Made by a program: the position numbers and the translations under genes
Notes under the pieces: model-generated
Databases searched by the model: none
What the model was told of the DNA's origin: nothing
The model's input: only the letters and a program-made list of their open reading frames with translations
Part shown: piece by piece, positions 19,483-28,318 of the stretch
Layout: every line of letters starts with the position of its first letter
How positions within the stretch are numbered: position 1 is the first letter of the stretch
Assembly: GCA_018970485.1 (NCBI GenBank)
Contig: JAGWWH010000001.1
Coordinates: forward strand, 79,951 to 143,950
DNA: 64,000 nucleotides
From: Pseudomonadota bacterium
Lineage (GTDB): Bacteria > Pseudomonadota > Alphaproteobacteria > Rickettsiales > UBA1997
Direction of reading: 5' to 3'

Positions 19483-20238
19483 TCAGACAATTTTTTTGGT
19501 TAGAAAAAAGAATAATCGGTAAGGCAAAATTCGTAAAATCTTTAAGAAGAAAGTGAATTTTTTAGGAAAGTGAATTTCAAATTTTTGTGCTGCCAAGCCT
19601 TCAGAAATCTGCTTCGCAGCGTTTTCTGGCGAAATTATAAACGGCATCGAAAAAGGATTTTGGTCGGTCAAGCGCGTTTTGACAAATCCCGGATTTATCA
19701 CCGAAATTGCAATTCCTTGTTTTTTTAATTCGGGATAAATTCCTTCGCAAAGGTTGATTAGCGCGGCTTTAGAGGCGCCGTAAGCAAATGATTTTGGCAA
19801 TCCAACGTAACCAGCAACACTGGCGACAACGCCAATTTGGCCAGATTTTTGCGCCGCCATTTTTGGAATTATCACGTCAAACAAATTGAGTGCGCCGATT
19901 AAATTTACTTCAATTGTTTGACGCGCTAAAGCTAAATCAAAACCAATTGCCAAGCTTGGCTGGTAAAGCGCTGAGCAAAAAATTACTAAATCGATTTTTT
20001 GAAAATTTTGTAAAATTTCGTCACAAGATTTTTGCAAAGATTGGTGATCGCAAACATCAATTTTGCTGACCAAAATTTGTCCGCGATTTGGTGAAATTAG
20101 TTGAGTTTTAATCTGCTCTAATTTTTCCAAATCACGGGCTGAAATTGCTAAATTATAGCCTTGGTCGTAATAATTTTTAACCAACGCCTCCCCTATTCCG
20201 TGGCTAGCGCCAATGATCCAGCAGGTTTTTTTGCCCAT
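19483..20238 (-). CDS. short-chain dehydrogenase/reductase
   Basis: 251 aa. Cofactor motif IIGASHGIG and catalytic YGASKAAL (YxxxK). Confidence 0.85.
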   Translation of the reverse strand: MGKKTCWIIGASHGIGEALVKNYYDQGYNLAISARDLEKLEQIKTQLISPNRGQILVSKIDVCDHQSLQKSCDEILQNFQKIDLVIFCSALYQPSLAIGFDLALARQTIEVNLIGALNLFDVIIPKMAAQKSGQIGVVASVAGYVGLPKSFAYGASKAALINLCEGIYPELKKQGIAISVINPGFVKTRLTDQNPFSMPFIISPENAAKQISEGLAAQKFEIHFPKKFTFFLKILRILPYRLFFFLTKKIV

Positions 20239-20766
20239 CTAAAGTTTCTTAAAAGAGATTGTTAAAGTGCCGACGGTGAAGCCAAATTTTGTCATTTTTG
20301 AAACGTTAATCGCAGTTTTTTCGTCAACCAAATAAATCCAATCCACCAACTTGATGTCATATTTTTTGCCATCGACATCAATCTTTAAAACGTAATCCAT
20401 TTTGAAAGCATTGCCATATTGTTGACCCGTTGCGATTCCTACAGTGTCATGGGCTTTAGCAGTAAAATTGTTGTCATCAGAGAATTTAATTTCCCAAGTT
20501 CTTTGATCAGTTTTGCCGTCAGAAAAAGTAAAATTTTCTTTCAAAGTTCCTTCATTTCCTTGCCAAGTTCCTGTCATTTTTACAGTAAAACTTTTGATCA
20601 TTTTGCCGCTGCGATCTTGCAAAATTCCCTGCGCCTCAAGTGGTCCATTGAGGTAATTGCGGATATCCATTTTTGGTGAATTGTTGCTGTAGATTTTAGG
20701 ATTAATTGACGAGCAACCGAGTAAGAAGCCTAGAGACATAAGGATTGAGATTTTTTTAAGTTTCAT
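20239..20766 (-). CDS. DUF3833-like lipoprotein
   Basis: 175 aa. Lipobox LLGC after MKLKKISILMSLGF. Paralogous to 58876..59454. This family usually sits in this cluster type. Confidence 0.6.
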   Translation of the reverse strand: MKLKKISILMSLGFLLGCSSINPKIYSNNSPKMDIRNYLNGPLEAQGILQDRSGKMIKSFTVKMTGTWQGNEGTLKENFTFSDGKTDQRTWEIKFSDDNNFTAKAHDTVGIATGQQYGNAFKMDYVLKIDVDGKKYDIKLVDWIYLVDEKTAINVSKMTKFGFTVGTLTISFKKL

Positions 20767-22015
20767 ATTTTTTCCATTTTAAAAGAAGGACGATCACTAA
20801 AATTTTTAGCAAACACGGTAGGGCGGCATAGAAAAAGGAAATTAAATTTATGTGCCCTGAATCGAGATTGCTAGGGTGATAGTCCAACAATCCCAAGATA
20901 ATTAAACTACCGGAAGCGGCGATCATTAAACCCAGTTTTGCGGTAAAATTCCAAAGTGAAAAATAGGAAGAGGTTAGATCTTTTTGCTTTGAAGTAATTT
21001 GCGCCAATAGGCTTGGTGGAGCTATTAAATCCGCACCCAAAAAAGCTCCTGAAAAAAGACAAACTAAATAAAAATACTCAGAATTTTCAGCGCTCAAAAA
21101 GTAGGCCAGAAAGAAAGTTAAAACCGATCCAATGATTGAAATTATCCAAGATTGAATGATGCCAAAACGATTAAAACAGGCCTTCCACAACGGAATCGCT
21201 AAACATGCTGAAATAAAATAAATCGACAAAAACCAGCCGTAATTTTTTTCGGCAGACAAAACATCTCGAATGTAAAAATTTAGATTAGCAGCGGGAAGGC
21301 TTACTGCTATTGAGTTTACAAGAAAGATGATCAGAAAAATTAAAAATTTTCGATTTTTCAGAACGCGAAAAAAACTAATGTCGCGACTTTTTTCTTGAGG
21401 AACCTCCTCAAAAATAACTTTTACGCGCGGCAAAAAAACAAGAGTTGCTAACAGGATTAAAGCAGCAAAGACAAGGCTTAAGCAAAGATAGCTTTGGTTG
21501 AGATTTAAATCGAAAAATTGCTCACAAATAGTTGGTAAAATGAAAGCTAAAATCATTCCGAACAAACCAAATAGCTCTTTGCTGGAATTAATAAAAATTC
21601 TTTCTCGATCGTTTTGAGCAATAATCGCTGCTAAAGATTCAAAATTAATGATGGCGAGGTTAAAGCATGTGTAAGTAAGGCTCAGAGATGCAACAAACCA
21701 AATTACTGCCAATAATTTACCAAGATTTTGTGGCGGGTTGAAGGTTAAATAAAATCCAACGACCAGAAAGATTGATGCGACGTTGATGATTTTTTTACGA
21801 CTAATTTTCTTGTGAGCCAAACTGTCCGAGAAGTAACCAAGCAAAGGATCTTGCAAGGCATCGAAGCTGCGAACGAAGATCAGTAAGATGCCGATTAACG
21901 TTAGACTGAGGTCAAAATTTCTGGCGTAGAAGTCGCTGATGTTGAGGTAGATCGGAATGCCAACAAAAGACAGAGGTAGGGCTAAAAAACTGAAAGAGAA
22001 AATTTTTGATTTCAT
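20756..22015 (-). CDS. MFS-type transporter (GPH-like)
   Basis: 419 aa, about 12 hydrophobic helices. DALQDPLLGYFSD motif in loop 2-3. Confidence 0.7.
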   Translation of the reverse strand: MKSKIFSFSFLALPLSFVGIPIYLNISDFYARNFDLSLTLIGILLIFVRSFDALQDPLLGYFSDSLAHKKISRKKIINVASIFLVVGFYLTFNPPQNLGKLLAVIWFVASLSLTYTCFNLAIINFESLAAIIAQNDRERIFINSSKELFGLFGMILAFILPTICEQFFDLNLNQSYLCLSLVFAALILLATLVFLPRVKVIFEEVPQEKSRDISFFRVLKNRKFLIFLIIFLVNSIAVSLPAANLNFYIRDVLSAEKNYGWFLSIYFISACLAIPLWKACFNRFGIIQSWIISIIGSVLTFFLAYFLSAENSEYFYLVCLFSGAFLGADLIAPPSLLAQITSKQKDLTSSYFSLWNFTAKLGLMIAASGSLIILGLLDYHPSNLDSGHINLISFFYAALPCLLKILVIVLLLKWKKYET

Positions 22016-22040
22016 CGGATTTTTTTGTTTTTGGCTATTT

Positions 22041-23648
22041 TTACCGACACAAATTCAAATCTTCGTCAATAAAATCAGCACCAACTCCTGAGCAGCCTAA
22101 GATTGAATGAAAGACATATTCGTGAGTGATTTTCTTGTGAGAGTTTTTGAGTAGATTCTTTAGTAAATCAGGATTTTCTTTTTTGTATTGGTCGGAATGC
22201 CAAACGAAAAGTGGCACTGAAATTTGTTCAAAAGGCTTATTATTTGCGCCATTGCCAATTCTACCTTCATCCTGCAGAGAAAATCCGTGATCTGGTGTAA
22301 AAAATACCACCGCATTTTCTCTGGAAAAAAGCTCAAGAATATCTTCCAAGACCTTGAAGCTGTAAACCACTGAGTTTTTGTAGGAATTGATCAATTCTTC
22401 TTTTGAGCAATCAGAAACACTTTTTGTAACCAAGCAACGTGGTGAGAATTTTGCATATTCTTCGGGGTAGCGCAGGTCGAGATTCCAATGGCTTCCGAGC
22501 AGATGGATCAAAATAAATTTGTCTTTCTTAGCTTCGGTTTCGTCGCCAATTGCCTTTTTGATGTAAGGAAGAAGGAACTCGTCGTAGCGATTACTTTTGC
22601 CTAAATCTGCGCTAATGAATTTTCCCTCGATGATTACGTCTGAAGATTTTGCCAAGAATGAGTAAGTTGAATCGAAGTATCCGTAGAGATTTTGATTGTC
22701 GATCCAGTAAGTGCCGAAGTTCAGTTTTTTAAACACATCAATCATGTTAACCGAATTTGGAAAATCTTCCCAATGGCTGTGTTTAACGTTTGTTAGTAGG
22801 CATGGAATCGACTTACGGGTTAAGGTGCCGCAAGAATAAACTTCATTAAAAAAGGTGATGTTTTTTTCTTCTTTTAATTTTGCTGGAAGCATCTCGTAGA
22901 AGTAGTCGTTACGAAGACTTTCACCAATTATGAATACTACGGTTCTAGGTTTTTTGTCGTTAGTGTAAGAGATTTTGTGACGACTGATTATTTCTGAACT
23001 TTGGCTTTTTCGTATTTTGATGTCGGAATCTTTTTTGATTTTAGCATATTTGAAGATGCTAGTAAATATGCTCACCGGAGGGTAGTTGTAGCGTATTTTT
23101 TTTACAGTGAATTCATCAAAAATTGCCACCAACAGAATCGTCAAAATCAGAATCGAGTGAAGAATTAAAAATGATTTTGAGTTGAAAGATCTTCTTCCGC
23201 TCCAAGTTAGTCGCGCCAAAAATCCAAAAATAATCGTTAGCCCTAAAGCCAAGACCGCTGTCTTGATACTTAAATATTCAAAAGTGAGGCCGCCGATATT
23301 TTCAAAGATATCGTTAACCACCCAAGCATCAATATTCTTACCTAAGAAAACAAAAAAATAGGTAACCAGTAACGATGCTAAAAATAGAATTGTCCAAATA
23401 ACCAATCCAAAGAGACCAAGCGAAAGTAAGCCAAAAGCGATAAAATATTGAACAATAAAAGCAGTTAAAACCTCGACAGCAATTTGAAATCCACCAAAAT
23501 TCTCATGAGCAGTAACAAAAGATCCTTGGTAAAACTTAACGGTAATTGGAGTAACAACAATCAAGGCCGCAAATATTGACAATAAAGCGATCAATAACCA
23601 CTGCGGATATTTTTTTAGTTTAATACTCATTAGTGCTTTTTTTTCCAA
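22041..23648 (-). CDS. phosphoethanolamine transferase (EptA/sulfatase family)
   Basis: 535 aa. N-terminal polytopic domain plus a C-terminal sulfatase-like domain with VVFIIGESLRNDYF, HLLGSHWNLDLRYP, TPDHGFSL. Confidence 0.8.
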   Translation of the reverse strand: MEKKALMSIKLKKYPQWLLIALLSIFAALIVVTPITVKFYQGSFVTAHENFGGFQIAVEVLTAFIVQYFIAFGLLSLGLFGLVIWTILFLASLLVTYFFVFLGKNIDAWVVNDIFENIGGLTFEYLSIKTAVLALGLTIIFGFLARLTWSGRRSFNSKSFLILHSILILTILLVAIFDEFTVKKIRYNYPPVSIFTSIFKYAKIKKDSDIKIRKSQSSEIISRHKISYTNDKKPRTVVFIIGESLRNDYFYEMLPAKLKEEKNITFFNEVYSCGTLTRKSIPCLLTNVKHSHWEDFPNSVNMIDVFKKLNFGTYWIDNQNLYGYFDSTYSFLAKSSDVIIEGKFISADLGKSNRYDEFLLPYIKKAIGDETEAKKDKFILIHLLGSHWNLDLRYPEEYAKFSPRCLVTKSVSDCSKEELINSYKNSVVYSFKVLEDILELFSRENAVVFFTPDHGFSLQDEGRIGNGANNKPFEQISVPLFVWHSDQYKKENPDLLKNLLKNSHKKITHEYVFHSILGCSGVGADFIDEDLNLCR

Positions 23649-23866
23649 GAGATAACTAGGGTAGAAAGCGGCAATAAAACCCAGATTGCCTCTAAAAAAA
23701 TAAATGGAACAGCATGCTCGGCTATTGCGTAATAGAGCAGAAAAGCACCGCCAAATAGGTTTAGTAATTGATATTGCTTAGAATCTCCAAAGCCGTTTTT
23801 AAGAAGGGCGATTGCTAGGGCTAAAATACACAATACGCTTCCGACTATTCCAATGTAGATTTCCAT
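23630..23866 (-). CDS. small membrane protein (3 predicted helices)
   Basis: 78 aa from the ATG at 23866 (MEIYIGIVGSVLCILALAIALL...). Overlaps the EptA-like start by 19 nt. No function recognised. Confidence 0.45.
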   Translation of the reverse strand: MEIYIGIVGSVLCILALAIALLKNGFGDSKQYQLLNLFGGAFLLYYAIAEHAVPFIFLEAIWVLLPLSTLVISWKKKH

Positions 23867-23935
23867 GATTTTAATATTTTTTGAGATCGTGTCGTGATTA
23901 GACTTGAGCCCCTCCAAAGTTCTTCGTAAACAATT

Positions 23936-24718
23936 TTAATCAATAGCTTTAGCTTCAAGATTACGCCATTCTGGCATGAATTGATCCATCAAATTGTAAA
24001 ATCTTTTACTGTGTTTTCGCTCCAACAAGTGAACCATTTCGTGCACGACCGTAGACTCCAAATGTTTAATCGATTTTTTCGCTAATTCCAAACTAAGCCA
24101 GATCCGACGAGCTCTCACGTTACAAGTTCCCCAGCGCGTTTTCATTTTTTTTACCCCAAATTCTGCAACTTTTACATTCATCTTTTCTTCGTATTTCGCG
24201 ATTAATTGAGGAATAATTTCCTTCAAATTTTTGCGGTAAAAATCGTCCAACAGCTTCTCTCTCTGCTTAAAGTTTGATTGTCCTTTGACGTGAAGTTTAA
24301 TCACATTTTCATCTAACGAAGATGTCACCCTGAGCTTGTCGAAGGGTGATTTGGGCCCTTGTAAGTCATGCTTCGACAAGCTCAGCATGACCTCATTTTT
24401 GCTACTATTTTTGATTACTTCGAGCCGAAACTTCTCCCCAAAAAAATAATGCCCTTCTCCCGAAACAAACTTGGAAGGCATTCTGATTTTTCCTTCGTCT
24501 AGTAAGTTCCTAATCTGATTCTGGCCTTTTTTAATCCACTCAATTTTCTGTAAAACGAATTCACGAACTTGCGCGAAACTGTAAAGCAGAGGCGCTGACA
24601 CCCTCACCTCCCCATCCGGCGAACAAATTCTTAAATGCAAATTTCTGATTCTTTTTTGAGTGAGCAGAATTTTCACCCCGGCGATTTCGATTTGTTGTTT
24701 TGTTGTTTTAGGGGTCAT
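23936..24718 (-). CDS. YgjP/DUF45-type zinc metallohydrolase (M48-like)
   Basis: 260 aa. WGTCNVRARRIWLSLELAK and HExxH in VVHEMVHLLERKHSKRF. Carries an in-frame palindromic-element insertion (see repeat 24324..24391). Confidence 0.75.
   Translation of the reverse strand: MTPKTTKQQIEIAGVKILLTQKRIRNLHLRICSPDGEVRVSAPLLYSFAQVREFVLQKIEWIKKGQNQIRNLLDEGKIRMPSKFVSGEGHYFFGEKFRLEVIKNSSKNEVMLSLSKHDLQGPKSPFDKLRVTSSLDENVIKLHVKGQSNFKQREKLLDDFYRKNLKEIIPQLIAKYEEKMNVKVAEFGVKKMKTRWGTCNVRARRIWLSLELAKKSIKHLESTVVHEMVHLLERKHSKRFYNLMDQFMPEWRNLEAKAID
24324..24391. repeat. palindromic element family A, inserted in frame in the YgjP-like CDS
   Basis: gtcaccctgagcttgtcgaagggtgatttgggcccttgtaagtcatgcttcgacaagctcagcatgac. 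Same 68-nt length as the alaS copy and near-identical to it. Encodes ...[22 protein letters not shown]. Confidence 0.9.
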
Positions 24719-24902
24719 TGAACTTAAAATTCTAATTGCTCACTAGACTAACATTTTCGCCACTCAATCTAAGGCTAAACTGGCGAAAGCGCCCCCCAAT
24801 CCTTGATTTTAGTGGATTAGAGCAAAATTAATGAATTTTCGTTGCCAGCAAAAATCTTATTTTAAGCAGTATTGACGAGACTTAAAGCTAGTAACTTTTT
24901 TT

Positions 24903-25661
24903 TCACAGAAACATTACTCCGACCATCGAAATCGAACCTAAGTCAATCGCGTTATTAAATAACTCAAGACGATCACTTTCGCGTCGCAAAGCCAAAATGT
25001 AGAGCAGCGGAAGAAAATGTTCCGAGGTTGGAACCGCTAATTTGGACTGCGCAATCTTCGTAAAATTTATTACCTTCTCGTCATCCTTCGCCAAAATCGC
25101 CGCTACAATTTCTTGATTAAATTGCTCCGCCCAATCGTAGCTTCCACCTCCCCAATTAAGAAGACGCAGGTTGTGAACAATATTGCCACTTCCAAGAATT
25201 AGCACGCCTTCGTTGCACAAAACCGAAAGTTTTTTTGCCAGTTCAAAATGCTCGCGCGCTGATTTGGCGCGATCCAAACTCAATTGCAAAACTGGTATTT
25301 GCGGCTTCGGATGCGTGTGCAAAAGAATCGACCAAGCCCCGTGATCCAGCCCCCAATTTTCGTCAATCTCTCCTTCTCCCAAAACTTCCAGAACCCTTTG
25401 TGCCCAAGCAGAATCGCCGCGCGCCGGATATTGCACCGCAAATAATTCGTCAGGAAATCCGTAAAAATCGTGAATCGTTTTTTGATTTTTTGAGCAGGCA
25501 ACCTTCACCCCGTTAGTCTCGTAATGCGCCGAAATAATCAAAATCATTTTCGCCTCAGGCAAGCCAGATGCAATCTCCCGCCACTTCTGCGTGAATTGAT
25601 TGTCTTCAATCGCATTCATTGGACTGCCGTGACCGAAGAAAATAGCAGGTTGTTGAGGCAT
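24903..25661 (-). CDS. class III extradiol dioxygenase, 4,5-DOPA dioxygenase (YgiD)-like
   Basis: 252 aa. N-terminus MPQQPAIFFGHGSPMNA, then HDFYGFP and LGSGNIVHNL. Confidence 0.8.
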   Translation of the reverse strand: MPQQPAIFFGHGSPMNAIEDNQFTQKWREIASGLPEAKMILIISAHYETNGVKVACSKNQKTIHDFYGFPDELFAVQYPARGDSAWAQRVLEVLGEGEIDENWGLDHGAWSILLHTHPKPQIPVLQLSLDRAKSAREHFELAKKLSVLCNEGVLILGSGNIVHNLRLLNWGGGSYDWAEQFNQEIVAAILAKDDEKVINFTKIAQSKLAVPTSEHFLPLLYILALRRESDRLELFNNAIDLGSISMVGVMFL

Positions 25662-25720
25662 AAATTTTCCCGATTTTTTGTTTTTCCGATTTGCTTTTGT
25701 TTTACTCCGTGCTTTAAGCC

Positions 25721-25798
25721 GTCATTGCGAGGGCAGCGCGGCAATCCACACTCACTCGTACTCGTGCTAATAGATTGCCGCGCTGCGCTCGTAATGAC
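25721..25798. repeat. palindromic element, family C (gtcattgcgag...gcaatcc / ggattgc...cgcaatgac type)
   Basis: gtcattgcgagggcagcgcggcaatc ... gattgccgcgctgcgctcgtaatgac. Second copy at 61047..61117. Confidence 0.85.
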
Positions 25799-25938
25799 GC
25801 GATGAGAATGGGTGGAAATTAATAACTGTTTTAATTCCCCAGCTAAAATGACTCTCTGACTCAATCCACATGTTCGTTTCCATTTTGACATGAAAGTAGG
25901 AACGGAGTCAGAGACCACGTCCTGCGAGAGTTTTTTCT

Positions 25939-27315
25939 TTAGGTTAAGAGAGATAGTTCGCCCACCAAGCTACTTGGACGGCTCTTCAAAATTTTTACAT
26001 CCGCGATTTTTCCGAAATATTTTTTGGCTTCTTCTTCGTTGGCGACGTCGACGATTACGGATTGGAGGTAAGGCGATTTGCCCCAGAGTTGGGTGGCGGC
26101 GCGGGCTTTCGATTTACCGGAGCTTGGGGCTTTGCGCTCGAACAAGACGGGCATGGTTTGGCCTTCTGAGCGTTGGTTGAATTCGATTTGTTGGTCGGTG
26201 AGAAGTTTTTGTAACTCGGCCAATCTTTCTTCTTTTACTTTTTCTTCGACTTGGATTTTAGCGTCTGCCGCAGGCGTTCCTGGTCTTGGGGAATATTTGA
26301 AGGAGTAGCATTGCGTGAATTTTATTTGGCGGACTAGATCCATTGTGTCCTCAAAATCTTTGTCAGTTTCTCCTGGAAAGCCGACGATGAAGTCAGAAGA
26401 CAAGCCCATGTCTGATCTGGCAGCGCGGAGTTTTTCGATGATTTTGAAATAGTCTTGTCTGGTGTGTTTGCGGTTCATTCCTTTTAAGACAGCGTTGGCA
26501 CCGGATTGGATTGGGAGGTGTAAGAAAGGCATTAATTTTTCGATGTCGCGGTGAGCGGAGATTAGGTCATCGGACATGTCGCGAGGGTGTGAGGTGGTGT
26601 AACGAATACGTTTTACGGCGTCAATTTTAGCGACTTCTTCGATTAATTTGGCGAGGCTTGCGGGTGCGCCTTTGCTGTCTAATCCGTGGTAGGCATTAAC
26701 GTTTTGTCCCAAGAAATAAATCTCGACCACACCTTGATCTACAAGGCGTTTTGCGTCATCGACAATTTTAGAAACTTCGCGCGAATATTCCGCGCCTCTG
26801 GTGTAAGGAACGACGCAGAAGGTGCAGAATTTGTCGCAACCTTCTTGTACAGTAACAAAGGCCGAGGCCCCTACTCCAGTTCTGCTCTCGGGAAGAATGT
26901 CAAATTTATTGTCGGGAATGAAATCTAAATTAATCTGTTTCTTCTTGTCGCGGATCATCTTTCCGACCAAATCTGGCAAGGTTTGGTAGCTTTCGGGACC
27001 AACAATAATGTCGACAACTTTCGAGCGTTTGAAAATTTCTTCGCCTTCCGCTTGCGCCACGCAGCCAGCAACGGCAACGATCATCTGACTTCCGCTTTCG
27101 GCTTTTTTATTTTTGTGTGGACGGATTCGGCCGAGATCTGAAAAAAGTTTTTCGCTCGCTTTTTCGCGAATGTGACAGGTGTTAATGATGACCATGTCGG
27201 CGCCTTCGGGAGAATCGATTGTTTCGTAGCCAACATTTTCCATGAGATCTTGCATGCGATCAGAGTCGTAAACGTTCATTTGGCAGCCGTAGGTTTTAAT
27301 GTGTAACTTTTTCAT
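25939..27315 (-). CDS. miaB: tRNA-2-methylthio-N6-dimethylallyladenosine synthase
   Basis: 458 aa. N-terminus MKKLHIKTYGCQMNVYDS, radical SAM CDKFCTFC (CxxxCxxC), C-terminal TRAM region. Confidence 0.93.
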   Translation of the reverse strand: MKKLHIKTYGCQMNVYDSDRMQDLMENVGYETIDSPEGADMVIINTCHIREKASEKLFSDLGRIRPHKNKKAESGSQMIVAVAGCVAQAEGEEIFKRSKVVDIIVGPESYQTLPDLVGKMIRDKKKQINLDFIPDNKFDILPESRTGVGASAFVTVQEGCDKFCTFCVVPYTRGAEYSREVSKIVDDAKRLVDQGVVEIYFLGQNVNAYHGLDSKGAPASLAKLIEEVAKIDAVKRIRYTTSHPRDMSDDLISAHRDIEKLMPFLHLPIQSGANAVLKGMNRKHTRQDYFKIIEKLRAARSDMGLSSDFIVGFPGETDKDFEDTMDLVRQIKFTQCYSFKYSPRPGTPAADAKIQVEEKVKEERLAELQKLLTDQQIEFNQRSEGQTMPVLFERKAPSSGKSKARAATQLWGKSPYLQSVIVDVANEEEAKKYFGKIADVKILKSRPSSLVGELSLLT

Positions 27316-28190
27316 TATTTAGGATCGACGAAAGATTGACTCGAAATTGTGCTGCAGCGCACCAAAGCAGAAGGAGAATCGCGGCTAATTCCATTGCCGT
27401 CTCCAAGATCGAGCACGGCAAGCTGTGGTAAATAAAAGGAATTTCTCATTAAAAGAGCGACAGTGTTTTTGCCAAAATTATTCGATTTTAAATCAAGAAT
27501 TTGCAGGTTTTTCATCAGTGGCATTGAAAACATGGCGAAGCGTTTGAGAGAAGCGTCTGTAAGGTTGTTGGCAGTAAGGCTTAAGATTTGGAGATTAGGA
27601 AGATTGGTGAAAGCGCCATTCATTAAGCGATTAAAACCTTCGTCACCGATGTTGTTATTTCCCAAATAAAGTATGCGCAGATTTTTCATGTTATGAAGAG
27701 AGCTGGCCAGCATTACGCAATCTTCAGCGCTGAGTTTAATATTGCTGAGATCAAGAATTTCGATTTTGCTCGCCAAATTTATTAGAATAAAATTCATCAA
27801 TACTCTTTTGTCCCCAATTGAGCTACCGCCGAAGTAGAAATCAGTGACTGTAGTCATGCGTGAAACGAGTTTGTTAAACTGGATTAGATCGTCCGCACTC
27901 AATTCAGTATTGCGTAAATCTAGGCTATTTACCTGCGGAAAGAATGGTGTGGTCTGAATGAATTTCAGCATCTCAGAAAGAGTGAGGCCACGATCTTTAA
28001 GCGACAAAGTGCTTGAACGAGATTTGACTATCGTCACAGGTACCGAGTTTTCTGATGAGCAGTTTCCCTGTGTTTCGATCCAAGCGCGATTTAGTTCAGT
28101 AGAAAATGCAGCTGGGTTTTCCCAAAACCTGTTGGCCTGTTGTGCATTTGCTAAGAAAGGAAAGAAGAGAATTAATAGAAAAAATTTCAT
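27315..28190 (-). CDS. secreted leucine-rich repeat protein (RNI/ribonuclease-inhibitor-type LRRs)
   Basis: Preferred start MKFFLLILFFPFLANAQQ (signal peptide) at 28190. Repeats of about 28 residues such as LRILYLGNNNIGDEGFNRLMNGAFTNLPNLQILSLTANNLTDASLKRF. Stop overlaps the miaB ATG (TAATG). Confidence 0.75.
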   Translation of the reverse strand: MKFFLLILFFPFLANAQQANRFWENPAAFSTELNRAWIETQGNCSSENSVPVTIVKSRSSTLSLKDRGLTLSEMLKFIQTTPFFPQVNSLDLRNTELSADDLIQFNKLVSRMTTVTDFYFGGSSIGDKRVLMNFILINLASKIEILDLSNIKLSAEDCVMLASSLHNMKNLRILYLGNNNIGDEGFNRLMNGAFTNLPNLQILSLTANNLTDASLKRFAMFSMPLMKNLQILDLKSNNFGKNTVALLMRNSFYLPQLAVLDLGDGNGISRDSPSALVRCSTISSQSFVDPK

Positions 28191-28318
28191 TTGATTATCC
28201 TTGTTTGTGACCATGATTTTTTGTCGTGAAAGCAGTGAAGGATTTTGTGAATTAAGGCTTCCAAGATCACTCACTAGATTCGGGATGACAGTTGTTTTAC
28301 TCAGAATAGCGGTTGTGT

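Noticed and set aside
25616-26180. ORFs 25616..25918 (minus) and 25890..26180 (plus) in the ygiD-miaB spacer.
   Set aside because: The first is translated straight through the family C palindrome. The second is antisense to the miaB 3' end. Neither has a recognisable motif.
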